Made by a program: the position numbers and the translations under genes
Part shown: one piece after another, positions 20,640-29,918 of the stretch
Layout: each line of letters begins with the position of its first letter
Position numbering within the stretch: the stretch's first letter is position 1
Notes under the pieces: generated by a model
Databases searched by the model: none
The model's input: only the letters and a program-made list of their open reading frames with translations
What the model was told of the DNA's origin: nothing
Assembly (NCBI GenBank): GCA_021161185.1
Contig: JAGHBC010000033.1
Coordinates: 1-45,972 of the forward strand
Origin: Fidelibacterota bacterium
GTDB lineage: Bacteria > Fidelibacterota > UBA2242
DNA length: 45,972 bases
Direction of reading: 5' to 3'

Positions 20640-21983
20640 CTATACGTTGCCTTGCGCCAGCATGGCTTCAGCAACTTTCAGGAATCCGGCAATATTCGCG
20701 CCTTTGGCATAATTACCCGGATCATTTGCGGCTTCCGCTGCCGACAAACACTGGCTGTGAATACTTTTCATGATCCACTTCAGTTTTTCATCAACTTCTT
20801 CAGGTCTCCAACTCAAACGAATCGTATTCTGAGTCATTTCAAGACCGGATACGGCAACACCGCCGGCGTTGACCGCTTTACCGGGTCCGTACATAATCGG
20901 ACCGTTAATCAGATGAATCGCCTCAGGAGTGCATCCCATATTCGATGCCTCAGCGATAACTTTACAATCATTCTTCAACAGATTCCTGGCATTTTCTTCA
21001 TTTAGTTCGTTCTGGAATGCCGAAGGAATTGCAATATCCATCGGTTCAATATCCCAGGGACGGGCGCCCGGATAGAATTTTACACCGAATTTGTCGGCAT
21101 AATCTTTTACTCTATCATGACCACTGGCTCTCATTTCCAGCATGTATGCCCATTTTTCCTCAGTTCCGATTCCATCAGGGTCAATGATACATCCGTCCGG
21201 ACCTGAGAGAGAGATCACCTTCGCACCAAGTTCTGTGGCTTTTTTGCAAACGCCCCAGGAAACATTGCCAAAACCGGAAACACCCACGGTTTTACCCTGA
21301 ATGCTATCACCTTTGGTTTTCAACATTTCTTCGACAAAATATACTGCTCCGTATCCGGTCGCTTCCGGTCTTAAAATACTTCCTCCGAAACTGAGACCCT
21401 TTCCGGTCAAGGTAGCCGCATCAAAACGGTTGGTAATGCGTTTATATTGACCATATAAAAAACCAATCTCACGTCCGCCTACACCAACATCACCAGCCGG
21501 GATGTCTGTTGCCGGACCAATATGACGGTACAATTCAGTCATGAAGCTCTGACAAAAGTGCATGATTTCATTTTCGGATTTACCGGTAGGGTTAAAATCG
21601 GAACCGCCTTTACCGCCGCCCATAGGCAATGTAGTCAAAGCATTCTTAAAAACCTGCTCAAATCCAAGAAACTTCAACATGGAAACCGTAACAGCCGGAT
21701 GAAACCGCAAACCGCCTTTGTAAGGTCCGATCGCACTATTGAACTCAATCCGCATACCCATGTTTACCTGAATCTGTCCTCTGTCATCTGTCCAGGGTAC
21801 GCGAAATACAACCGTTCTCTCAGGTTCAACTAACCGTTCAAGAATCTTTGCATCTCTATACTTTGGATCTTTCTCAACAATTACATCCAAGGATTCAAGA
21901 ACTTCCGTTGCAGCTTGCAGAAATTCTTTTTCCCATGGATATTTCGAGTGCAATTGCTCAATCACCGTTTTCACATAACCCAT
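20640..21983 (-). CDS. gdhA: Glutamate dehydrogenase (GdhA type)
   Basis: 'GPYKGGLRFH', 'PMGGGKGGSDF', 'RPEATGYG', 'NAGGVAVSGLEM'; start moved to ATG 21983 behind a GGAGG RBS. Confidence 0.96.
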   Translation of the reverse strand: MGYVKTVIEQLHSKYPWEKEFLQAATEVLESLDVIVEKDPKYRDAKILERLVEPERTVVFRVPWTDDRGQIQVNMGMRIEFNSAIGPYKGGLRFHPAVTVSMLKFLGFEQVFKNALTTLPMGGGKGGSDFNPTGKSENEIMHFCQSFMTELYRHIGPATDIPAGDVGVGGREIGFLYGQYKRITNRFDAATLTGKGLSFGGSILRPEATGYGAVYFVEEMLKTKGDSIQGKTVGVSGFGNVSWGVCKKATELGAKVISLSGPDGCIIDPDGIGTEEKWAYMLEMRASGHDRVKDYADKFGVKFYPGARPWDIEPMDIAIPSAFQNELNEENARNLLKNDCKVIAEASNMGCTPEAIHLINGPIMYGPGKAVNAGGVAVSGLEMTQNTIRLSWRPEEVDEKLKWIMKSIHSQCLSAAEAANDPGNYAKGANIAGFLKVAEAMLAQGNV

Positions 21984-22328
21984 AATAAACCTCCAGTTAT
22001 TTTTAAAGTTGCTTGTGAGCAAACAAAAGATGGAATCAAGGGATGACAGGGTAAACAGGACAATTCCGAAAAATTTCCCTGAGTTATTTGTTCTATATAG
22101 CGCATACTCATCATTTCGAAGGTAAAATTATAAATATTATTTGAAATAATAGAGTAAAATATTTAAAGCGATAAGAAACAATCCAACATTCACTATCTTA
22201 TTTATCTAACATATTACGCCAATCATACTATATTCGTAATTATATTAACTCATTACACTGAATATATTTATGCATATTGTACCATCGTGTTATTTAAAAT
22301 ATTTTAAGTTGATTAAAAATTATTTTAT

Positions 22329-22757
22329 TCACAGAGTATTTTTTTTCTCACTTTTACCCTTAATGATAACATAAATGCCGACTGCGACAAGTAAAGATGG
22401 AATCAAATACCTCCAAATAATCCGCAGAGTATCTCTAATCATATAATCGAAATACCACCAGTCGCGCGCCAAAAGCATCGTACCTGCCAGAACAAGAACT
22501 ATACCTAACACCAACCGGGTGTTGTTTTTAGTCCGGATATCAGTATCATTTTCTATATCCTGAATTCCCGTCGTATCATACCGCAAGGGTATAATCAGCC
22601 AGGCAATGATATAACCAAATAATCCTACCCCACCCAAGAAAAATAAGGCACCCCAAATTAATCGGATGAGCACCGGATCGACATCCAGGTATTCACCAAG
22701 ACCGCCGCAAACGCCGCCAATAATTTTATTTTCACGACTGCGAAATAAACGTTTCAT
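22329..22757 (-). CDS. pspC: PspC domain membrane protein
   Basis: 'KRLFRSRENKIIGGVCGGLGEYLDVDPVLIRL' plus two further TM helices. Confidence 0.88.
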   Translation of the reverse strand: MKRLFRSRENKIIGGVCGGLGEYLDVDPVLIRLIWGALFFLGGVGLFGYIIAWLIIPLRYDTTGIQDIENDTDIRTKNNTRLVLGIVLVLAGTMLLARDWWYFDYMIRDTLRIIWRYLIPSLLVAVGIYVIIKGKSEKKNTL

Positions 22758-23478
22758 AGCTCTCCTTCGATCTTTTTAATTGTTGCGATTTCCTTAATTG
22801 TTTTGATATTTCGTCGACCCGTCTAATGGGATCGCAAATCCGATATTTACTGCAAAGATTTAATATAAAATCCATCGCATCCGGAACCAAACATTTATGT
22901 CCCGGTGATACAAAAAGCGGTTTACACCTGTTCCTGCTTCTTAAGACTCTTCCAATAATCCGCTGATCCAGAAATAAATCTGAATAATCCCCTTTCCGGA
23001 TTCCGGGTTCGGTATAATTTCCGATCAGTTTAGATTTCGCACAACCAATGCTGGCAATATCAAACAGCAGTCCAAGATGAGCCGCCAAACCGATTCCCCG
23101 TGGATGAGCAATGCCCTGACCATCGGCGATAATAACATCAATATTCTCACTTATTTCTTTAAAAAGCGGGAGCAATATTGGAATTTCCCGAAAACTCAAA
23201 TAGCCCGGTACATAAGGAAATTTCACTGATTCAATCCGGGTTTTAATCAGCTCTTCTTTGACACTGAACTTCTCATCTCCGTTGTCTTTGATTAAAGAAA
23301 ATAGTCCCAGTACTGCATAGCCAACCTGGTCCCAGCGTGTATAGGAAACATCCACGGCGGCGATAGTGTTGATTGATTGCAGCAGTGGTGCCTGAATTAA
23401 TTTCTCTCTCAACCGATATTGAATTTCTCTCGCTTCAGCAATGCCAACGTCCCAGGGATGATTTAATACCGGAAGCAT
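22732..23478 (-). CDS. nfi: Endonuclease V
   Basis: 'AAVDVSY', 'FPYVPGYLSFREIP', 'DGQGIAHPRGIGLAAHLG', 'IGCAKS'. Confidence 0.93.
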   Translation of the reverse strand: MLPVLNHPWDVGIAEAREIQYRLREKLIQAPLLQSINTIAAVDVSYTRWDQVGYAVLGLFSLIKDNGDEKFSVKEELIKTRIESVKFPYVPGYLSFREIPILLPLFKEISENIDVIIADGQGIAHPRGIGLAAHLGLLFDIASIGCAKSKLIGNYTEPGIRKGDYSDLFLDQRIIGRVLRSRNRCKPLFVSPGHKCLVPDAMDFILNLCSKYRICDPIRRVDEISKQLRKSQQLKRSKESYETFISQS

Positions 23479-23480
23479 AA

Positions 23481-24236
23481 TCAGATTGTCAGGTTAGATT
23501 GAATTATTAACGACAAAAAATTTTCCAGAATTTTTGAGCTATTTTGGATCTGTTTATTATTTAGAAGGATTTCAGATGGATTGGGAATATTCAGCGGATT
23601 CCGATAGTGTTCATTCTTTAAAACAGCGAAGTTCTTTTTGATATAATAAGCCATTACATCTTTATTATATTCAGGATGAAATTGAGTGGTATAAATAAAT
23701 GAATCATACCGTGTAGCCTGAAATTCGGACTGTTCGTTCCAGGCCAGGCATTCCGTATTATCGGAGATTGACGATACTATATCAAAATGAGATGAGTATA
23801 CCTGTATTTTCGAATGACTATAACCGTTAAAAATCGGATCGCCTAAACCGGATAACGTCAATTGAATCGTCGACACACCGATTTCGGGTCCCAGCGGATT
23901 ACGACAAACTTCCCCACCGAGCAATTTGTTAATCAATTGATGTCCAAAACAAATTCCCAGGGTAAATATTCTCAAATCTATGATATAATCAATAACTCGC
24001 TCTACCCCCTTTAGAAAAGGATAGGGCGTCAATAATGAATCATGAGATCCCGTAAAGATAATCCCCTGATATTTTTCAATAGTTTCAGGAACTACATGTT
24101 CAATCTTTTGAGACTTCCACTTTATAGGTAAATCCGATACGGAATTAATAATCCATCGATCAAAATCGCCCCGTTTTGAGACGAGTTCCCGGTAGGTTGA
24201 GCCCAATTTAACAATTAATACCGTCGGTTTACCCAC
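23481..24236 (-). CDS. Type 1 glutamine amidotransferase-like protein
   Basis: 'GICFGHQL' nucleophile elbow and 'QFHPE'. Confidence 0.88.
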   Translation of the reverse strand: MGKPTVLIVKLGSTYRELVSKRGDFDRWIINSVSDLPIKWKSQKIEHVVPETIEKYQGIIFTGSHDSLLTPYPFLKGVERVIDYIIDLRIFTLGICFGHQLINKLLGGEVCRNPLGPEIGVSTIQLTLSGLGDPIFNGYSHSKIQVYSSHFDIVSSISDNTECLAWNEQSEFQATRYDSFIYTTQFHPEYNKDVMAYYIKKNFAVLKNEHYRNPLNIPNPSEILLNNKQIQNSSKILENFLSLIIQSNLTI

Positions 24237-24355
24237 AAGACTGTCCCATTTACATGTAACCGTTCACTCGAAAATACAAAAATATTCAGGGATTTGCTAT
24301 CAATATTTTAATGTCAACCAATAAAGAATCACAAGCGAGGGCACATCCTTCTCGT

Positions 24356-25615
24356 TTAATCGAATCGTCGGACCCTGGCGCCGAGTAGTTCAAACCGTTT
24401 CTCGATCATTTCATAGCCCCGATCCACAATTTCGATGCGGTCGATAAGGCTCGTTCCTTCCGCCGTCAAAGCGGCTATGACCAGAGCAATTCCGGCCCGA
24501 ATATCCGGACTGCTCAACTCCTGCCCTCGCAAACGCGTTGGTCCTGCAACCAGTACCCGGTGAGGATCACATTGGGTAATATCGGCTCCCATAATAATCA
24601 ATTTATCCACGAAAAACATCCGCGATTCATACATCCAGTCGTGACATAGCGTGGAGCCTTCCGCCTGTGTAGCCAGAACAACCATCGGGCTCATCAGATC
24701 GGTGGGAAAACCGGGCCATAAACCGACCTGAATCTTTTTCGTCTTCGAAATTAATTTCGACGGCATAACCTGCAGAGTGTGCTCATCGGAAAATTCCAAT
24801 GACACATTCATTCGGCGGAGATAGTGCTCCGTCATTTTAAGGTATTCACGGTCGGCGTTGTGAATGACCAGGTCGCCTCGCGTACAGGCCGCCGCAATTG
24901 CAAAAGTCCCGGCTTCAATGTGATCGGATACAACCCGGTGCGTGAAGCCCCGGAGTTTTGCTTTGCCGGTAATGAAAATCCGGTTGGTTCCACGGCCCTC
25001 AATGGTAGCGCCCATTTTCGAAAGAACGTCGCCCAAATCGGTGACATGGGGTTCGCCGGCGGCATTCTCAATGACACTATTACCGGGCGTCGCTGCTGCT
25101 AATAACATGGCGTTTTCCGTAGCGGTTACCGAAGATTCTTTCAGAAAAATCGACGCCGGAGTCCGATTACCGAGAGTTGCCCGGTAGCCATCTTCATGAA
25201 ATTCGAGTTGCGCACCGAAAGCACGGATAACTTCAAAATGGCTTTCCACATTACGTCGACCGATGACACAGCCTCCCGGCGGCACCATATCAATCTCACC
25301 AGTCCTTGCCAGCAGACCGCTCATAAACAATATAGATGCCCGCAAACTGCCGGTCAGATCGCCCCGCGGTCTACTGTGCCGAAGGAAACCGCTGATCCGG
25401 TAAACATTCGGTGACAGGTTTTCCACTTTTTTACCAAGGTCTTGCAGAATAGCCAGCATAGACCGGACATCGCTAATCTCGGGAACATTTTCAATGAGAC
25501 ACTTTTCATCCGTCAGGACCGTTGCAGCGATAATCGGCAGAGCCGCATTTTTATTGCCGGCGACCCGGATTTCACCCTTTAGCGGAATACCGCCTTCTAT
25601 TTGTAATCTTGCCAT
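24356..25615 (-). CDS. murA: UDP-N-acetylglucosamine 1-carboxyvinyltransferase
   Basis: 'GNKNAALPI', 'LRASIL', 'PGGCVIGRR', 'SVTATEN', 'PGFPTDL', 'DIRAG'. Confidence 0.95.
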   Translation of the reverse strand: MARLQIEGGIPLKGEIRVAGNKNAALPIIAATVLTDEKCLIENVPEISDVRSMLAILQDLGKKVENLSPNVYRISGFLRHSRPRGDLTGSLRASILFMSGLLARTGEIDMVPPGGCVIGRRNVESHFEVIRAFGAQLEFHEDGYRATLGNRTPASIFLKESSVTATENAMLLAAATPGNSVIENAAGEPHVTDLGDVLSKMGATIEGRGTNRIFITGKAKLRGFTHRVVSDHIEAGTFAIAAACTRGDLVIHNADREYLKMTEHYLRRMNVSLEFSDEHTLQVMPSKLISKTKKIQVGLWPGFPTDLMSPMVVLATQAEGSTLCHDWMYESRMFFVDKLIIMGADITQCDPHRVLVAGPTRLRGQELSSPDIRAGIALVIAALTAEGTSLIDRIEIVDRGYEMIEKRFELLGARVRRFD

Positions 25616-25668
25616 GTTTTTTCCTCGCTAATAAACAAAATTAACTGCCCCTTAAAGTCTAATATATC

Positions 25669-26655
25669 TTAATCTTCAGCAATTTTTCCTTCAAAATTCC
25701 CGATGAGTTCGATCTCCAATTTCAAATCAACACCTAACTGCTCAGCGGCTTTGGTTTGCATCAATTTAATGAGTTGATTGACATCGGTCGCCCGGGCATT
25801 GCCGATATTTTCTATAAAAGCGGCATGATGATGGGATATAATCGCGTCACCAATACGATAACCCTTCAACTGTAAGACCTTATCCATGATATATCCTACG
25901 GAAGCGGTCGGCAGGTTCAGACGCTGCCGATCTTTCTCGCTAAGGTTGCGAAAAACACAACCCGCCGAGCGATGCGGATAATGAGATTTAGATTTGAGTT
26001 GCTGTAATGCTCGTTTTCGGGCATCTTCCACATTGCCTTTCTTCAGACGAAGATCCGCCCACAGAATAAGTTCACGGATATCATGCAATCGGCTACGGTC
26101 GTACTCAAACTGAAAATAGGCGCCGTTGACAATCCTTGCGGATTGTCCGTCAAAAAGGGCCACATTGCTCACCAAATCTCCGAAAAAGTAATCGCCACCG
26201 TGCATATTCATATAGATTGCGCCGCCCACGGTCGCGGGAATTCCGGCAAACCATTCCAGCCCGGTAATCCCCTCTTTGAAAAGCGTTTGCATCAGGCGGT
26301 TTATCGGCATACCGGAATCGACCCGTACAATGACATCGGCGGCATTTTCACCTGAACCGGGCAAAGACTCCGACCTGCGGATTTGCCAATGCGTCGAACG
26401 GTTAATAATCACGACGCCGTCGAATCCCAAATCACTGACCAATACGTTACTACCCATGCCTAATACTTTGCAAGGCAAACCGAATTCGGCGGCAGATTCG
26501 ACGACCGGCAGAAGCCGGCGGCTATTATCCGGAAAAACCAATAATCGCGCCGGACCGCCGATCCGAAAAGTGGTATAGCGCTTCAGTTCGGCATTCTCGT
26601 AATGGTCGATTCGCTGCCGATCCAGGGCCTTCTTTAGCGCTTGTATTTCACTCAC
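25669..26655 (-). CDS. murB: UDP-N-acetylenolpyruvoylglucosamine reductase
   Basis: 'TTFRIGGPA', 'GMGSNVL', 'GIPATVGGA', 'SAGCVFRN'. Confidence 0.93.
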   Translation of the reverse strand: MSEIQALKKALDRQRIDHYENAELKRYTTFRIGGPARLLVFPDNSRRLLPVVESAAEFGLPCKVLGMGSNVLVSDLGFDGVVIINRSTHWQIRRSESLPGSGENAADVIVRVDSGMPINRLMQTLFKEGITGLEWFAGIPATVGGAIYMNMHGGDYFFGDLVSNVALFDGQSARIVNGAYFQFEYDRSRLHDIRELILWADLRLKKGNVEDARKRALQQLKSKSHYPHRSAGCVFRNLSEKDRQRLNLPTASVGYIMDKVLQLKGYRIGDAIISHHHAAFIENIGNARATDVNQLIKLMQTKAAEQLGVDLKLEIELIGNFEGKIAED

Positions 26656-26804
26656 TGCATTTCCGATTTAGTCTATACCCCTTTCCGCTATGCATACAGA
26701 GTACTCATATACTTGTATCCCGAGTCCGGAAAAATCGTCACAATATTAGCCTCCCGGTCAATTTCCCTGGCAAACAAAACAGCACTGTAGATATATAACA
26801 AACC

Positions 26805-28151
26805 TTATGATCCGCTGATCATCATCTCATCGATTTTGAACGTCGGTGTCGCTATGCTGGCGCGGAATTCCAAGTCGTTGCCGATCATGGAAATATTCTT
26901 CATCATCTTCAGCATATTGCTCGCTACGGTAAATTCCTGAACCGGATAAGCGAGTTTTCCTTCTTTGATCCAGATGCCTGTCGCGCCGCGGGAATAATCA
27001 CCGGTCACATAATTAATGCCGACCCAGTCCACACTGGTCAGATAGAGCCCATCTTTTACCGAAGCGATGATCTCTTCCGGCGGGATCGTGCCGTTTTGCA
27101 TGAAAAAGTTCGATGTGCTTGATGACGGATTGGAACTGACGCCCCGGGATGCCGATCCTGTCGTTGGTTGATTTAGTTTTCTGGCGGAGTAACAATCACA
27201 AAGATAGGTTTTAAGCATGCCCTTGTCGATGACTACGTTCTTGCGGCTGGGCAGTCCTTCGTCGTCAAATCGTCGTGAACCCAATCCGTATTCCAGTAAA
27301 CCGTCGTCGATTACCGTCAGTTGGTCAACGGCAATTTTTTTATTCAATTGATCGACTAAGAAGGAATTTTTGTTATATATTGCATCGCCAACTACTGTTC
27401 GGGCGATGATACTGAGAAAATCCCGCCCCACAATGGGATCAAAAACGACCGGGACTTTTTGAGTCTTCGGTTTCCGACTGCCCAATTTTCGCAGCGTCCG
27501 TTCTGCGGCTTTCGAGGCGATAGATTCGATAGAATCCAACCGATCAAAGAAGCGGCTGGCGGAATACCAGTAATCGATCTGTTTGACATTATCCTTTTCA
27601 GCCAACAGCGATAAACTCAAAGAAAAGGAGGTATAGTCTTCCTCACCGTAAAATCCTTCCGAATTTGCCAGAATTACATGTGATTCGGAATCGTGCCAGC
27701 CAGCGCCATCGGAGTTGCTAATTAACGGATCCTTTTCCATGCCGATTTTTTCCATGTCTTTGAGCATCCGGATTTTTTGCGCAGTGCTGATTGACTCGAT
27801 ATTTTTATCAAATTGAGGCAAAATTTTGGAGGCAATCCCCAAAAGATTTCGCTCCGGAAGACCGTTATACTCGTCAGAAGTAGTAACATTTGCCATTTCT
27901 GTAGTGCGCTTAACCAGTTTCTTTAGTGAATCTTTGCGAAAATCGCTGGTGTAAGTGAGCGCTTTCCGCTTATTCTTAAAAACCCGGATGCCGAGAGACT
28001 CGGGACTGGCTTGTTTGACTTCCTCAATTTCACCAAGTCGCACGGTTATACTGGCATTAGTCCGGTTAACGATCATGACGTCGACCTGGTCGGCGCCGTT
28101 TTTCCGGGCTTCTTTGATAATAAATTCTGCTATTTCTTTATATTGACTCAT
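26805..28151 (-). CDS. pmbA: PmbA/TldE protein (non-catalytic partner of TldD)
   Basis: 'LGIRV', 'FDDEG', 'GINYVTGDYSRGATG', 'PVQEFTVASN'; no HExxxH. Confidence 0.9.
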   Translation of the reverse strand: MSQYKEIAEFIIKEARKNGADQVDVMIVNRTNASITVRLGEIEEVKQASPESLGIRVFKNKRKALTYTSDFRKDSLKKLVKRTTEMANVTTSDEYNGLPERNLLGIASKILPQFDKNIESISTAQKIRMLKDMEKIGMEKDPLISNSDGAGWHDSESHVILANSEGFYGEEDYTSFSLSLSLLAEKDNVKQIDYWYSASRFFDRLDSIESIASKAAERTLRKLGSRKPKTQKVPVVFDPIVGRDFLSIIARTVVGDAIYNKNSFLVDQLNKKIAVDQLTVIDDGLLEYGLGSRRFDDEGLPSRKNVVIDKGMLKTYLCDCYSARKLNQPTTGSASRGVSSNPSSSTSNFFMQNGTIPPEEIIASVKDGLYLTSVDWVGINYVTGDYSRGATGIWIKEGKLAYPVQEFTVASNMLKMMKNISMIGNDLEFRASIATPTFKIDEMMISGS

Positions 28152-28160
28152 TATTCACCT

Positions 28161-29690
28161 CTACGCTTTCGTTCCGCCGACAGTTATTTCACGGACTTTG
28201 ACAGTAGGAATTCCCAGTGCCACAGGCATTGTCTGACCGGCCTTGCCACAATTCCAACCACCTTTGGACATGGTCGGATCGTTGCCCACCATAGTCACAT
28301 TGCGCATGACTTCGGGACCATTGCCGATCAGCGTAACATCCTTAAGGGGCGTCGTTAATTTGCCGTTTTCAATCAGATAGGCTTCATAAACGCCGAAAGT
28401 AAAATCACCCTTGGTAATATCTATCTGCCCGCCGCCAAAACGCTTGGCGTAGACGCCATATTTGACTGAACCGATGATTTCTTCGGGATCGTAATTGCCG
28501 CCGCGCATGTAAGTATTGGTCATCCGGGGTATCGGCGGATAGGCATAAGACTGACGTCGACCGTTACCTGTAGGTGCGGCCTTCATAACCTTGGCGGAAA
28601 TGCTATCGTGCATATAGCCCCGCAGGACACCGTTTTCGATTAAAACCGATTCGGCAGGCAGATTGCCTTCGTCGTCAATGTTGATAGATCCGCGTAAATT
28701 GGGAATAATGCCGGAGTCGATAATCGTACAGTCTTCCGCGGCGACTTTCTTTCCGATTTGACCAGCGTAGTTGGAGAGATTTTTGCGGTTGAAGTCGGCT
28801 TCGAGACCATGCCCGACGGCTTCATGCAAAAGCACACCGCTTTCAGCGGGTCCAAGAACAACAATCTGAGGTCCGGCAGGAGCAGGCACAGCTTCGAGAT
28901 TTGTTACAGCGATTTGAGCAGCCTCTAAGCCTATGTCGGCAGGTCGGTTATCATTCCGATTATAAAAATCAAGGCCAACTCTACCGCCGCGAGCAGAGTA
29001 GCCACCCTGGCGTTTATCACCATCTTCAGCGACGACACTTGCCCGTAGCATAATCATAGGCTGTACATCGGTGAAGAATTTCCCGCTGGAATCCATGTAC
29101 ATGATCTGCTTCATCTCATCTGCCAGGTTTATAGTCGCTTTGGTGATTTTATTATCATATCCACGGGCGGCAACGTTTACTTCGTTGATTAGCCGGATCT
29201 TCCGATTAAGATCACAATCGACGCTGAGTTGATTTAAACTATAGAGATCGAGTTTGCGGCTGTTCTGAATGACGGCGATTTTTGCCTTGCCTCCATTATT
29301 AGCAATAAATGAAGCCGCTTTAGCCGCCTCTTTCATTTTGCTGAAATCGAGATCGTCCGTATGCGCATAGCCGATCTGCTCCCCTTTGACAGCTCGGACA
29401 CCAAGCCCCATGATAATCCCGTAGCTGACATCTTTAATGATTTCGTCTTCAAATTTGAGAGAAGAACTGATCTTGTACTCGAAATACAGGTCCGCATGCT
29501 CGGCACCATTGGACAATGCCACAGAGAGCAGCTCTTTCATCTTTTCTTTAGTAATACCAAATAATGCTTCCATATTTTCTACCGATCCTTTAACTATTTT
29601 AGAAGATTGGCAGGCTTGCCACCAACCCGGCAACAATGCGACTCCCGCTCCCAAAACAGTGCTGGTTTTAATAAATTCACGTCGTTTCAA
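28161..29690 (-). CDS. tldD: TldD metalloprotease with twin-arginine (Tat) signal peptide
   Basis: HEAVGHGLEAD, 'TGNGRRQSY', 'PRMTNTY', 'CGKAGQ'; N-terminus MKRREFIK...WWQAC; GAGGAGG RBS before TTG start. Confidence 0.92.
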   Translation of the reverse strand: MKRREFIKTSTVLGAGVALLPGWWQACQSSKIVKGSVENMEALFGITKEKMKELLSVALSNGAEHADLYFEYKISSSLKFEDEIIKDVSYGIIMGLGVRAVKGEQIGYAHTDDLDFSKMKEAAKAASFIANNGGKAKIAVIQNSRKLDLYSLNQLSVDCDLNRKIRLINEVNVAARGYDNKITKATINLADEMKQIMYMDSSGKFFTDVQPMIMLRASVVAEDGDKRQGGYSARGGRVGLDFYNRNDNRPADIGLEAAQIAVTNLEAVPAPAGPQIVVLGPAESGVLLHEAVGHGLEADFNRKNLSNYAGQIGKKVAAEDCTIIDSGIIPNLRGSINIDDEGNLPAESVLIENGVLRGYMHDSISAKVMKAAPTGNGRRQSYAYPPIPRMTNTYMRGGNYDPEEIIGSVKYGVYAKRFGGGQIDITKGDFTFGVYEAYLIENGKLTTPLKDVTLIGNGPEVMRNVTMVGNDPTMSKGGWNCGKAGQTMPVALGIPTVKVREITVGGTKA

Positions 29691-29918
29691 ATATCCCTCC
29701 TCTGATAATTGTTAAAAGATAAAAACAAAATAATTAATAGCCAGAATTATTGTCACCTTTTTGAGTAATATTTCCGATTATTTGAATTGTAAAAAGTTGT
29801 CAATAGCCATTTTATATATTTTATTTGAGATGGCGTTTGACATCCATTTTTACATGTGGTATTTTACAGCAGTAAAAGGCAAAGAGGATTTTAACTGATT
29901 AATTAGTAGGAGAAAATT

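Noticed and set aside
21984-22022. ORF-track N-terminal extension of gdhA
   Set aside because: A strong GGAGG RBS precedes ATG 21983; the extension is not GDH-like
22023-22328. Long AT-rich intergenic region upstream of gdhA as possible sRNA or riboswitch
   Set aside because: No recognisable conserved structure or motif by eye; an Rfam/Infernal scan would be needed
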